Virus record (IMG/VR): IMGVR_UViG_3300025288_000032
Coordinates: 1-49,221 of that record
Length of the DNA: 49,221 bases
Origin: a virus
Lineage: Duplodnaviria > Caudoviricetes
Strand: one strand, 5' to 3'
A model generated the notes under the pieces. That model searched no databases. It was given only the letters and a program-made list of their open reading frames with translations, and was not told the DNA's origin. Position numbers and translations under genes: made by a program. Each line of letters begins with the position of its first letter. Position 1 is the stretch's first letter. Shown here in pieces: positions 36,698-46,610 of this stretch.

Positions 36698-38788
36698 TTA
36701 CCAATCTCGTTTCACTACAATTCGAAGACGCCATGACGCTGGCGTAGCAAGCTGGGAGGTTCCGGAACTGTTCATCATGTATATCCCACCAGCGCCAATC
36801 ACGACCTTCGTTGAGTTTTCATTTGTTGCGCCAAACGTCAAGTGTTGGTTTCCGGTAACATTGATCGGCGGATGTACGCGCTGATACACGAGAAATCCAA
36901 GGTCAGGCACAGCGCATTCGAGCCAGAAATTCACAGTCTTGAACTGGGTACCAATCAAATCGGACACATCGACAGTCGTGCCAAGCGCGAACGCAATGGG
37001 TCCGCTGTCATAGCGCCCCTGAATCGCGTACCAGCGAATCGCCGTCACAACACCACCAGCCACAGTAACCTCGCCAACGAAAACATCATAGGCTTGGTTT
37101 GCCACTGTGCCGTCACCCACCTTCATCGTCGCTTCCTGGATGCTGTAGGTCCGCTGGCCGAGATTGGCACTATACGTCCCACCGAACTGATAGAACGGTG
37201 CAAGAGTCGTGGCGAATTCCGTCAACGTTCCGTCGGTATTCACCGTCACGCCCAGGTACATCGTTCCATTGATTATTAATCCAGCCCATGACGGGTTCGA
37301 TTTCGAGCCAATTCTATCGGACATCCTGAACGCGGCTGTAACCGAGATCGACCCCACAGCAGCCACTACTGTCCCACCAGTCGCCCCGCCAAATGCAGCA
37401 AATCCGCTTGAATCAACCGGGCCATCCAATACTGTTTGCCGCGCCGATGGAGAAACTGGCAGTGGTGTAGGTGAAAGTACACTAATTGCCTGCGCGACTC
37501 TCAACGGCGACATCAACCGAAGCGCACTTTCCGTGCCCGCCTCCATCTCCGCCTGTGTCGCGTCCGCCGGGCGCACGAAACCGGTCCCAATCGCAAACCA
37601 TTCTTTCGTCGTGCTATCCCGAATATTAACAAACGTTATTGTCTCGCCGGCCTGAAACGTCATCGACGTTCCGATTCCCGACCCCCACGAGATCGTATCC
37701 GCGCCTGAGACTATGATCGTGGCAGCAAACTGAAACATCAGGCTAATCGTGGTACCGGAAACGTAGGTATCCGCCAGCGGCAACGTCAGCGTCAGCCCGG
37801 CCGCCTGGACTTCGCCCCAATGATTGATGATCGTATCAAGCGAGATCGACGTGGCAATGCCAACGCCATTTACAGGCTTGAACTCAAGGCCCCCGTGATG
37901 CCGCACGGAGACCATGTAAAATTTAGTCGCGCTAAACACGATCGTCAGCAAATCCCCGACGATAATGTCCCCGAGCACACACGAATCCCCCGAACGATTG
38001 AAAAGACTCACAGCCCCCAAACCCGAAACCTTCACTGTCACAGGGCCCGTATTTACCGCCGTCGCCGCAAACTGGAACACCTGCCCATTCGCATACGCCG
38101 TGATGGCCGGCGTTACCGTAAGCTCGATGGCGTCCCCAGTCCCAGCCACTACAGCTAACATCGCAGCCCCAGCAGCGTCATCAATCACTTCCTGGACAGC
38201 CGCCTGCACATTCGTCGCTGCGATGCTCCCATAGGGTGTAAAACCCACAGCAGTGGCCCCAGCAGCCCCAGCAAGGTCATTAATCTCTTCCTGAATGGCA
38301 GTCTGTACATTCGTCGCTACGAGGTTCCCATAGGGCGTAAAACCCACAGCAGTAGCCCCAGCAGCCCCTGCAAGGTCATCAACTTCTTCCTGGATGGCAG
38401 CCTGCACATTCGTCGCTGCGATGTTCCCATAGGGCGTAAAAGCTATCCCTGTAGCCGGCGCAGTCGTCACGCTATCATTGATGGCATCCAGCACGGACTG
38501 TGCCGTTACCCGTAACTCGACCAGGCTACCTGCGGCAAAAGACAATGCCGAAGTACCTTCCTGGGCACGAACGACAGTCAGCACGTCACCTGTACGCACC
38601 GTAGCCTTCACAATCTCAAGATCACTGGAAAGAAGTGACTGAATCGTCGCATAGAAATACTCGCCCGAAGCAAGACTCGGGAAAGCAGCTCCTTCCCCAA
38701 CCTGAAGTACGATCGAGGGATCAGATGCACTGATCGGGGTAGATAGAAACCCGGAGGCATTGTTTTTAAGCACAATCGGCATGATCAA
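36698..38788 (-). CDS. Tail fibre protein 1
   Basis: Anchor domain LKNNASG...RAQEGT; 33-aa repeats; ATQAEMEAGT...MSPLRVAQAI fibre motif. Confidence 0.8.
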   Translation of the reverse strand: MIMPIVLKNNASGFLSTPISASDPSIVLQVGEGAAFPSLASGEYFYATIQSLLSSDLEIVKATVRTGDVLTVVRAQEGTSALSFAAGSLVELRVTAQSVLDAINDSVTTAPATGIAFTPYGNIAATNVQAAIQEEVDDLAGAAGATAVGFTPYGNLVATNVQTAIQEEINDLAGAAGATAVGFTPYGSIAATNVQAAVQEVIDDAAGAAMLAVVAGTGDAIELTVTPAITAYANGQVFQFAATAVNTGPVTVKVSGLGAVSLFNRSGDSCVLGDIIVGDLLTIVFSATKFYMVSVRHHGGLEFKPVNGVGIATSISLDTIINHWGEVQAAGLTLTLPLADTYVSGTTISLMFQFAATIIVSGADTISWGSGIGTSMTFQAGETITFVNIRDSTTKEWFAIGTGFVRPADATQAEMEAGTESALRLMSPLRVAQAISVLSPTPLPVSPSARQTVLDGPVDSSGFAAFGGATGGTVVAAVGSISVTAAFRMSDRIGSKSNPSWAGLIINGTMYLGVTVNTDGTLTEFATTLAPFYQFGGTYSANLGQRTYSIQEATMKVGDGTVANQAYDVFVGEVTVAGGVVTAIRWYAIQGRYDSGPIAFALGTTVDVSDLIGTQFKTVNFWLECAVPDLGFLVYQRVHPPINVTGNQHLTFGATNENSTKVVIGAGGIYMMNSSGTSQLATPASWRLRIVVKRDW
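38160..38455 (-). repeat. Three ~99-bp (33-aa) coding repeats in the tail fibre
   Basis: FTPYG(N/S)(I/L)xATNVQxAxQE three times. Confidence 0.88.
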
Positions 38789-39561
38789 GCCCCAAACGGT
38801 TGCATATGCACTTGCAGCATTCCACGAACATTCCCTAGATTTGCGCGAGCGCGACGTTCTGCAACCTGAAAAACGTACTGTTTTGCATGATACGCAGCCA
38901 GTTCACGATCCGACCAGGCAGCTTGCGGAAGCACAAGCAGATGTTGCAATGTCCCATGCATGATTACTTCTTCGAGTTCATTGAAAGTAAACTCATCCAT
39001 ACCAGTAGCGCCATGCGCCGGTTTAAGTGCCGTAAACATGCGGCACGTATAAGCCTTGGAATCATCCGGCAAAGGCAAAACGACATATCGCTCGGAAGTT
39101 ATCTGGCAAATAGCTTGTGGTGCGCTCGCAGCATCCAATGCCGCAGCATCGAGCGTCGCCCCACCACTTGCATTGAATTGCTTATCATCATACACATTGG
39201 TATTGTACTGATTGGATGAATCAAAATGCCACGCATCTTCGAGACTCATACCACTGAATAAATCGGCCCACTGCGGGTACAGTTCGATGGCATTTTCCAT
39301 TGTCAGGCGCTTCAAAGGCCGCCCATTGACCAGTGCCTCGAAGACTACATGGACATCAGCATTCGTCGGTTTGTTAAACGCATACTCACTGACTCCGGGC
39401 GACAAGTCGAAAAGCGGTATCTGGTAGCGCCAATACAATGTACGCTCGCATGTACGAATCGCCGCATCACGAATATACTGAACGATGGTAGCTTGCGGGC
39501 ATCCAGGAACGGACGCTTGTATACGCGGTACGAGAGTAGAAAAAACACGAGTACCCATCAA
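38785..39561 (-). CDS. Putative head-tail adaptor/tail tubular protein
   Basis: VPGCP...IR.AAI..CERT..WR motif; position after capsid. Confidence 0.68.
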   Translation of the reverse strand: MMGTRVFSTLVPRIQASVPGCPQATIVQYIRDAAIRTCERTLYWRYQIPLFDLSPGVSEYAFNKPTNADVHVVFEALVNGRPLKRLTMENAIELYPQWADLFSGMSLEDAWHFDSSNQYNTNVYDDKQFNASGGATLDAAALDAASAPQAICQITSERYVVLPLPDDSKAYTCRMFTALKPAHGATGMDEFTFNELEEVIMHGTLQHLLVLPQAAWSDRELAAYHAKQYVFQVAERRARANLGNVRGMLQVHMQPFGA

Positions 39562-40202
39562 ATCACCTGTTTCGAGTCTTCCCCGGCAGCTTTGATATCC
39601 GTAAGCGCACGCGACTGCAACGACACCCCAAAACCCTGCAAAAATGAATCCTGAAACAACTTAGCACGGTTGGAATTCACATGCTCATTATCAACAGATT
39701 CCGCCAAAAATACCACACCATCCACTACCGATGGGAAGTATGCATCGACGGGAAAAGTAACTACTTGAGAAAGTGTGTAGTCAGGTGGAGTCTGGACATA
39801 CTCCCCTATGAGCACAACTCCAGCCTCGGGCGCGGGATATACGAAAAACTGATTGGGATTGCGAACGTGTCGCATGAAATTCACTGGTTGCCCAGACGCC
39901 TCCTGCTGCCACCCAGGAGTCGTTTGATTCAATGTAGTGCGACTGACCTCCGTAACCGAATTGCCACCCTTGACCTGAAAAATTTCAACCAGTCGGATCG
40001 AATCTGCCGGACAGGTCTGCAATACTGTTCCCGGTACTGTTGCGATATCAGCGACAACCGCAAACAGATCGGGACGAATCAAGGCTATTCTCTTAAAAGT
40101 CTGATTGACGAAACCAAGCAGCAATTCATCACTGTAGCGATACGGCGTTTTTGTATCCTCAACCAACCACCGTACTTCATTAATGACGTTATTTGGTGTC
40201 AC
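39558..40202 (-). CDS. Putative head-tail adaptor
   Basis: RYSDELLL.FVN......RPD...FFVYPAP pattern. Confidence 0.7.
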   Translation of the reverse strand: MTPNNVINEVRWLVEDTKTPYRYSDELLLGFVNQTFKRIALIRPDLFAVVADIATVPGTVLQTCPADSIRLVEIFQVKGGNSVTEVSRTTLNQTTPGWQQEASGQPVNFMRHVRNPNQFFVYPAPEAGVVLIGEYVQTPPDYTLSQVVTFPVDAYFPSVVDGVVFLAESVDNEHVNSNRAKLFQDSFLQGFGVSLQSRALTDIKAAGEDSKQVI

Positions 40203-40444
40203 TTCGGCCAGCCTTTCGCGGCTTCCTGAGCCAGTTCAGGGGTAGTATATGCCGGAGCTTCAGGAACATCGTCAGTCGTCAAATTCAGAGTACCCTTCTT
40301 CCTGCGTGCCGCAGTTTTCGGCATGAATCGCTCAGGATAGGCAACCTCTTCAGAGACTAATTCACAAGCCGGATTCTCGGCCATGTACTTATTGTATTCG
40401 TAGATGAACCCATCCGCCTTCACACGAATATACTGCTTGGTCAT
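40199..40444 (-). CDS. Hypothetical protein
   Basis: Four-base stop-start overlaps at both ends. Confidence 0.72.
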   Translation of the reverse strand: MTKQYIRVKADGFIYEYNKYMAENPACELVSEEVAYPERFMPKTAARRKKGTLNLTTDDVPEAPAYTTPELAQEAAKGWPK

Positions 40445-40617
40445 TTTCGTAATCTCCGCAATGTTTGCGCCAATCGAGCGCGCTGCCCCAACTTACCCGG
40501 TTTTTTAGCAGCCGCAGCAAGCGCCGCTTCGGGAATCGTTGCTCCCTTTTTGACGCCCAACGTTTTACGCAAAGCACCAGGATGCTTGATTGCTGCCTTG
40601 ATGAAATGCTTAGCCAT
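40441..40617 (-). CDS. Small basic protein (MAKHFIKAAIKHPGALRKTLGV...RARLAQTLRRLRK, 58 aa), not in the ORF track
   Basis: Read manually; its stop overlaps the next ATG; K/A-rich. Confidence 0.78.
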   Translation of the reverse strand: MAKHFIKAAIKHPGALRKTLGVKKGATIPEAALAAAAKKPGKLGQRARLAQTLRRLRK

Positions 40618-40622
40618 GATGT

Positions 40623-40649
40623 AAAAAAGGGGGCCGAAGCCCCCTTTCC
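40623..40649 (-). terminator. Intrinsic terminator after the major capsid gene
   Basis: Minus strand aagggggc-ttcg-gccccctttttt. Confidence 0.88.
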
Positions 40650-40654
40650 CCCTA

Positions 40655-41563
40655 CTATGCCAACGTCACAACGGCAGTAGCCAGGGCATCACCCTTGACA
40701 ACCTGGTAGCCGTATACCTGGAGACCACGAATGATGTTGCCGAAAGTGGTCACAGACCGGATGGTTTCCACGTTCGTCATCTGCGATGCAAACGTAAAGC
40801 CCATCTTATGCCCAGCAATGAGGTTGTACTTCCCAGCCGCTACGCTCAGGTTATGGCTGACATACAGAGTGAAGCGGTCGATCATGCCCAGGCGACCATT
40901 GCGCATGATGGAAGTACTGTCACCGGACAAGGAGGCATCTTTCAGATCGGACTTCTTGATCAACCCCGCCATCTTTGCTGGAATAACAATGTATCGCCCA
41001 GCCTCGGGGACATTGGCTTCGTCCAGTACAGTACCGATATCTACCAGAAGTTCAAGCACGGTGAGCTTGGTCACTGCCACTGGCGCCACAGTAGTACCAA
41101 GATTGAACGAAGCAGATATTGCACCGGCAGTAGCCCCCTTGTTGGTAGCAGCGACACCAACCAGGATATCAGTCAGCACCCGCTCGTCGATCTTAATCTT
41201 CATACGCTCGGACGCGTCTTTCGTCCAGGCATCCATCAAGTTGATGTCCGCTTGAATCTTGTCCACGTCGTCTTCGATAGCCGCAAAATACTCACCCTTG
41301 TCGATGAGCAGTTGCAGCTTCGCCTTGGTGGGAGTCTCGACAGTCAGACTCTGCCCTTTTGCGTATGTATTGATGGTGATTTCCGGGGTAGTGCGGATAT
41401 TCACCGTATCGCCATACCGTCGAATTTCACCTTCATAGTCAGTATTCGAGATCGCTGCGAGCACAGTAGCATCGTAGAAATTCTCGACGAGTTTACCCGC
41501 CCAAATTTCGGGAATGAAGTTACCGCTTAGCTGAGGGTAAGTACCGGATACAGGAAAAGCCAT
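40655..41563 (-). CDS. Major capsid protein
   Basis: FIPEIWAGKL, DYEGEI...GDTVNI, LDEANVPEAGR, GLQVYG; AAGGAG RBS; followed by a terminator. Confidence 0.9.
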   Translation of the reverse strand: MAFPVSGTYPQLSGNFIPEIWAGKLVENFYDATVLAAISNTDYEGEIRRYGDTVNIRTTPEITINTYAKGQSLTVETPTKAKLQLLIDKGEYFAAIEDDVDKIQADINLMDAWTKDASERMKIKIDERVLTDILVGVAATNKGATAGAISASFNLGTTVAPVAVTKLTVLELLVDIGTVLDEANVPEAGRYIVIPAKMAGLIKKSDLKDASLSGDSTSIMRNGRLGMIDRFTLYVSHNLSVAAGKYNLIAGHKMGFTFASQMTNVETIRSVTTFGNIIRGLQVYGYQVVKGDALATAVVTLA

Positions 41564-41578
41564 GATGTAGCTCCTTAA

Positions 41579-42550
41579 TCAAGCATTGCGTTGGATGCGA
41601 TTCTCCCGCTGTGCAGCGAAAATATCGCGTTCGATACGAGAACGTTCCTGCTCCCGACCTTTGTACCTTCCGATACGAACATCATTGAAAAATTTCTGGA
41701 TGTCGGACGGAGTGTACATTTTACCCTGACTGGTAGTCGCAGAAGTTCCGGTGCTACGCGAGCGACCGGGAGAAATCTGTTTTTCCAACTCGGACGCGGG
41801 GGAAGTTCCAGCAGGATGAGCAGTAGACTCTAGCCAGATATGGAAGAAATTGGCAACCCGAGCTGCATCGAGTGCGTGCTGCGCGTCGTCAAGGTACGTT
41901 TGCCGAGCAATGCCAGTCAGCGGATCGACAGTCAACAACCAGGCTTGAAACTCCGGGTTATCGTTGATCTGCCGGAAATTCGGAACCGCAGCAACCAGGT
42001 CTGACCAGAACTTCTGTTCCGCAGTCAGTTGCTGGCGCTGTGTCACGGATGCAAGCTGTGGTACGACCTGCGTCTGCATCTGGTGCAATGTAGCTTCGAT
42101 ATTGGCAATACGCTTGGCAACGATTCCAAGTTCCTCTCGCGTCACTTTGCGCATTACATCCAACGACTCGCCATAATCCGCAACGTCCTGATCGGTTACA
42201 AGACGCTCGACCACTGCGGGTGCAGCGGTAGTTTGCGTAGCGGTCATCGAAGCGAACAACTGCTCCATTTCCTTGATACGCTGCTGCATTTCCCGATTTT
42301 GCTGATGCAAACGGGGAACTTCGGCATTGTACATGCCCTGAAGCGTCCTGTACTTCTGGGCAACTGTTTCTTCCGGCACCTCGTCAGCACTCGCTTTTTG
42401 CTCATCTGCGGGTACTGGAGCAACTTCAGATTCCTCGACAGGCGGAGTAATGACCTCATCTTCAACAGGCGGAGTAGTGCTATCGGCCGCAGCCTTGTAC
42501 AACTCCTGAACTGCCTCGGTCTGTTTGCGAATTTGCTCTGGAAGTGCCAT
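41579..42550 (-). CDS. Scaffolding protein
   Basis: Acidic N-terminus, KYRTLQGMY coiled coil, C-terminal IFAAQRENRI; directly before capsid. Confidence 0.78.
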   Translation of the reverse strand: MALPEQIRKQTEAVQELYKAAADSTTPPVEDEVITPPVEESEVAPVPADEQKASADEVPEETVAQKYRTLQGMYNAEVPRLHQQNREMQQRIKEMEQLFASMTATQTTAAPAVVERLVTDQDVADYGESLDVMRKVTREELGIVAKRIANIEATLHQMQTQVVPQLASVTQRQQLTAEQKFWSDLVAAVPNFRQINDNPEFQAWLLTVDPLTGIARQTYLDDAQHALDAARVANFFHIWLESTAHPAGTSPASELEKQISPGRSRSTGTSATTSQGKMYTPSDIQKFFNDVRIGRYKGREQERSRIERDIFAAQRENRIQRNA

Positions 42551-42597
42551 GTCAAACGCTCCTATCGGTATGCGTGATTAAAAGTCGGCGAGTTACA

Positions 42598-42813
42598 TCA
42601 TAACTTTGCCGCCAACGCAGGAGCTTCCTTAGCGAAACCTGTAATTTCGCCCAACACCTGGCAGCGCCCCTGAAATACTGCCGGGCTATTGACGGCACTA
42701 GGAAGTCGCCGAAGTTCCTGCAACTCCCATTGTACCAACCAATCTAGAAATTCCGGATACTGGCCTACGATGAGTGCAAGTGTTTTGACGATGCGAAGCT
42801 CGGGTTTGATCAT
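42598..42813 (-). CDS. Small conserved protein following portal
   Basis: ATGA overlap; FQGRCQVL motif. Confidence 0.72.
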   Translation of the reverse strand: MIKPELRIVKTLALIVGQYPEFLDWLVQWELQELRRLPSAVNSPAVFQGRCQVLGEITGFAKEAPALAAKL

Positions 42814-44843
42814 GCCGCCCTTCCACTCACACGACTCTGCACCACATTCGCTTCCATTCCACCCTTGGGAGAACCATCGGGTAGCTGCGGAGTTTGTTGT
42901 TGCGGTTGCTGTGCAACCACCTGGCTCCTGAATTTTTCTTTTTCTCTGGACGGCACAACCTCGTCCGAAGGCATTTGCAAGCCTCTTGCCACCTCGCGAA
43001 GGATAGTGGCACGTCCTTCCTTACCCATGATCTCGATGTCGATGGGATTAGCAGTCGCATTGAGAAACTCGATACGCCGAACATTGACGGTTTCCTTGAC
43101 CGCGAGATTAATCGCGCCTTTGGCTACCACCTCGACATCACCTTTGATCGACTCATCCTCGTCATAACGCATATTGTACACAAACTGGCGTTGTATGATG
43201 GGTTTCACCACATCCGCGTCAATGTGCATCACAACCTGCCGAATCCCCTTGCCTGCCGCTCCCATGAGCATGGACAACCCGGACGACGTTCGCCCGGCAC
43301 CTTGTACGTTCAAATCACCGTATACATAGGCTGGAATACCCGAATGGTCATCTGCCAGGCGACTGAATTTCTCATAAACCGCTACAAGCTCGGATGCACG
43401 CGAATCGGGTTGCGTGAAACGAATAGCTGGGGCACTCGACCCTACAGGGTCGTTGATCGTCTGCCAGATCTTCCACGGAGCGAGCTGCGTGATTTCCTCG
43501 TTGGCGGGCAGCCGCTCGATGTTGACCTCGACCTGCGGCCCGGAAGAAATCCCCATGTTATTGACCAGGGCGCGCGCGGCAGCGTTACACACGCCTTGCA
43601 AATCCTCGATGATCTCCGGAATACCCTTCCCCCAAAAAGCCCCTGGGCACTTGATGAAGGAAGTCTTGGTATAGGGTTTTTCACCCAGCGGATCGTAGTT
43701 GAGTACTGCCTTGATAACGAAGTTACCCACTGTCCAGACATTGGCATCGTACTCGCGCGCCTCGTCCGGAACTTCCTCTTCCGGCATTCCCCATTCCCGC
43801 AGCATCTTGCCGCTGACTTTCCCCCAGAACTCCAGAGCGTCGTACTCGGTCGTCGGCTTCAAGTACGAGTAGAATTTGCGCTCTTCTTCGTTCTTCTGAA
43901 TTTCCACCGGCTCATTGACCCAGGATTGCGCATTGCCGATATCCAGCAGCTTGCGGATGGCATCCTCGTCATACCCCGGTACCCCAATAAGATCGGACAA
44001 TTGCATCCGGCTCAGCGGGTGGAGTTCGAACAGATATCCTTCGTTGAGGTTACCGACCCCCGGCTCCGGGTATACGAAAAACGGATCAACCCGTTCGTAT
44101 TCCGGGCCAAGTCGCTCACCCGGCTCGACAACCGTTCTTCCATCCGCGTTGGTCTTCCATTCCAGGATACGCTGTCGGCGAACGACCGGCCCTTTGATGA
44201 AAGCCGCAGGAAATGTCACGAGGTCGGTAATGAAGTCGTTGAACGCCTGTTCCCAGCCGCCTTGAACGAACTGATCCTGAATCCTGAGTTTCATCCTGTC
44301 CGCGCGCGCTTGCGCCCGTTGCAGAATGGCAAACCGATAGTCCTGGCTAACCACCTCCCGAAGCTCGGCTATTTCCTCCTGTGTGGGAGCCTGACCGAAT
44401 GCCTCCACCATCTTGAGCACACGCTCGGCAAAAATATCCTGCACTTCCTTGGCCTGTGTCGGCCCAAGTTCTGGAATGGGAGTAGCCTGCAAGTCCCACG
44501 GAGGTGAACCTTCATCCAGCAGGATGTCGCGAAGCCAGGATTCTGCGGCGCGGCATTTAACCTCGGTGATCATCATGTAAATCTCGGATCCACCCTGCAC
44601 CCGAATCTGCTGTAGTTTGTCCGCTTCGTACTCGCCATTGCGCTGGCGCAACGCATGCAACATGATCTGCTCAATGGGGCTTTTGGCCGCCTTCGCCCGA
44701 TCCCAGCTACTTCGCAGATATGCAACCAGCCCAAGGATGACGGGCTGATCCTGTCGCTCCTGCAACTCGCGGTCATTGATCTCCTGTTCCTGCCGAGCAA
44801 GATCGGAATTCGATACGATTCGCAAAAGAGTCAGTCCAGCCAT
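42810..44843 (-). CDS. Portal protein
   Basis: 677 aa between terminase and scaffold; FWGKGIPE...Q..CNA..R...NM..SSGPQ; RTSSGLSML. Confidence 0.88.
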   Translation of the reverse strand: MAGLTLLRIVSNSDLARQEQEINDRELQERQDQPVILGLVAYLRSSWDRAKAAKSPIEQIMLHALRQRNGEYEADKLQQIRVQGGSEIYMMITEVKCRAAESWLRDILLDEGSPPWDLQATPIPELGPTQAKEVQDIFAERVLKMVEAFGQAPTQEEIAELREVVSQDYRFAILQRAQARADRMKLRIQDQFVQGGWEQAFNDFITDLVTFPAAFIKGPVVRRQRILEWKTNADGRTVVEPGERLGPEYERVDPFFVYPEPGVGNLNEGYLFELHPLSRMQLSDLIGVPGYDEDAIRKLLDIGNAQSWVNEPVEIQKNEEERKFYSYLKPTTEYDALEFWGKVSGKMLREWGMPEEEVPDEAREYDANVWTVGNFVIKAVLNYDPLGEKPYTKTSFIKCPGAFWGKGIPEIIEDLQGVCNAAARALVNNMGISSGPQVEVNIERLPANEEITQLAPWKIWQTINDPVGSSAPAIRFTQPDSRASELVAVYEKFSRLADDHSGIPAYVYGDLNVQGAGRTSSGLSMLMGAAGKGIRQVVMHIDADVVKPIIQRQFVYNMRYDEDESIKGDVEVVAKGAINLAVKETVNVRRIEFLNATANPIDIEIMGKEGRATILREVARGLQMPSDEVVPSREKEKFRSQVVAQQPQQQTPQLPDGSPKGGMEANVVQSRVSGRAA

Positions 44844-45106
44844 TTCCAGTAGTCTTCGCCCTCACTGGCAAGGTTTTCCATCACATTTTGCGGGTATCGA
44901 CCATCCTCGATGAGTTTTACTGCTTTTCGCAGAACCTCGGGACGAGTAATAGTCCGTTCCTTATTGAAATCTTTCTGGTTTTGCAGTGCCCACATATACA
45001 GAGAACCACCCGTAATAACACGCATAGGGGTGATCGAAAACGCTTCGTACTCCGCAGTAATTCCCGATTCGTCCATCTTGGGATTCGTAGAATACAATTT
45101 GGACAT
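44831..45106 (-). CDS. Hypothetical protein
   Basis: AGGAGG RBS; overlaps the portal start. Confidence 0.68.
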   Translation of the reverse strand: MSKLYSTNPKMDESGITAEYEAFSITPMRVITGGSLYMWALQNQKDFNKERTITRPEVLRKAVKLIEDGRYPQNVMENLASEGEDYWKWLD

Positions 45107-45127
45107 GGCACTACCCTCCTAAGCAGC

Positions 45128-45157
45128 CTTCTACCACGAAAAAGCGAGCTATGTCAA
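45128..45157 (-). promoter_or_regulatory. Putative sigma70-type promoter for the portal operon
   Basis: TTGACA-18 nt-TAGAAG with TG extension; lies just after a terminator. Confidence 0.45.
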
Positions 45158-45164
45158 GGGCTTG

Positions 45165-45202
45165 AAAAAAATCCCCCGGAGCATGGCTCGACGGGGGAAA
45201 AA
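45165..45202 (-). terminator. Intrinsic terminator after the terminase large subunit
   Basis: Minus strand tcccccg..gagc-cat-gctccggggga followed by T7. Confidence 0.65.
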
Positions 45203-45218
45203 GCCCAGCACAAGTATA

Positions 45219-46598
45219 TCACGTCCAACCAAGTGCGGGTGCTACCCTAATTTCCCGCCGCTGCTGCCCCAAGTAGCCATCTATGCCACAGACATGCAGA
45301 CACAAGTACTGCAATGCTTCTGCGCAATGCGAAAATTTATTCTTGTCGATATCCCCGTTGGGTTTGAACCGATACCCACCCATCATAGCGGACTTGAGCC
45401 AGGTGCATCGCGGGTCAATGAGAAATGCCGCGTCGCCATCCACCTGCCGCATGAGATACTCGTCCACGGCGTTCATGCGCGCAGAAATGCTGTTGGTCTT
45501 GGCCGGAATAACCCGAAGTCCTTCGGCTTTGATGATATCCACCGCCGAGCGCTCATCAGTCTGTGCCCGGCTCACCCCCGCCGGGTCGATTACCACGAGC
45601 ACGGGCGCCCCGGAAAAACGCTCGTAGAGCAGCGGCTTGAGCAGGGTACGAACGAATCGCTGTATCCCCATATCGAATGACACGCACTCGGCGAAGATGA
45701 GTACCCGCCCCCGTGCATCTTCCTGCCCGATGACCGCCGCCGGCGTTAGCCCCAGGTCGACGCCTACCACGATAGGGCGAACCCCGTTGATTATGGGTCG
45801 CAGGTGTTCCTTCGCCACGTGGTAGTCCAACCGAAAATACTTGAACACCGGTTGCCCCGCCCGTGTCAGACCGTACTCCCCGTCGATGTACACCCGAATG
45901 TAGTTTTCGGAGCGCCCACCCGGCTCGTAGTATCCCTCGGTCAGATTCTCGATGTTCTCGGCATAGGGACTGCGTCCGGAGGGCTGTTTGAACACTTCCC
46001 AACCGTTTTCGATGGGCGTAACACCATCCTTGGGATCGAGTTTCTCCATCTGGTAATACCACCACGTCTCCATCACCGGCGGGTTGGTATCTCCCCACAT
46101 GCCATACCACGTCGGCCCACCATCCTTGACAGCTGGAAACCGCCCTATGCGCTTGGACATGGCATCTATGATGTCCGGGTGGATGTCCCTGCACTCGTTG
46201 AACCACGTGAACGTCAGTTCCAGCGAACTCATGTTGGCAACGTCGTCGGCATCATCCAGCGCCCGGAACATGATCTCGCACTCCACGTCCCCCACCTTGA
46301 AAAAATAGGTCTTGGTGGTGCGCATGAACTCTCCGCACTGCCCCGGCGGAAACCAATCGAGAAAAGTCTTGATCGTGGTGTCCTGCAACTGGCGAGCCGT
46401 CTCCCGAACGACTGCTGCACGCGTTTTCCGAATCCCCTGCGGGTTGGGTTTCTGCATGGCCGCACGGCGCACGATCTCGAAACAGGAAGTTACGGATTTA
46501 CCGGAACCAACAGGGCCCATGAGCACGCGCATCCTGGCGTCGGACGCCATGAACTTCTTACCCGTGGGCGGCGGCGTGTAGTCGATTTTTAATGACAT
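45219..46598 (-). CDS. terL: Terminase large subunit
   Basis: Walker A GPVGSGKS, Walker B-like TWFNE, DTNPP, nuclease GVDLG, IDPAG, KNKFSHCAEALQY. Confidence 0.93.
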   Translation of the reverse strand: MSLKIDYTPPPTGKKFMASDARMRVLMGPVGSGKSVTSCFEIVRRAAMQKPNPQGIRKTRAAVVRETARQLQDTTIKTFLDWFPPGQCGEFMRTTKTYFFKVGDVECEIMFRALDDADDVANMSSLELTFTWFNECRDIHPDIIDAMSKRIGRFPAVKDGGPTWYGMWGDTNPPVMETWWYYQMEKLDPKDGVTPIENGWEVFKQPSGRSPYAENIENLTEGYYEPGGRSENYIRVYIDGEYGLTRAGQPVFKYFRLDYHVAKEHLRPIINGVRPIVVGVDLGLTPAAVIGQEDARGRVLIFAECVSFDMGIQRFVRTLLKPLLYERFSGAPVLVVIDPAGVSRAQTDERSAVDIIKAEGLRVIPAKTNSISARMNAVDEYLMRQVDGDAAFLIDPRCTWLKSAMMGGYRFKPNGDIDKNKFSHCAEALQYLCLHVCGIDGYLGQQRREIRVAPALGWT

Positions 46599-46610
46599 GC
46601 GGGTAGCTTG

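Noticed and set aside
42894-44507. 537-aa + strand ORF
   Set aside because: Antisense shadow of the portal gene with no recognisable motifs; explained by codon bias.
45804-46592. 262-aa antisense ORF and 216-aa alternate-frame ORF (45556..46206) in terL
   Set aside because: GC-rich shadow ORFs without RBS or motifs, unlike the nested ORF at 20490-20660.
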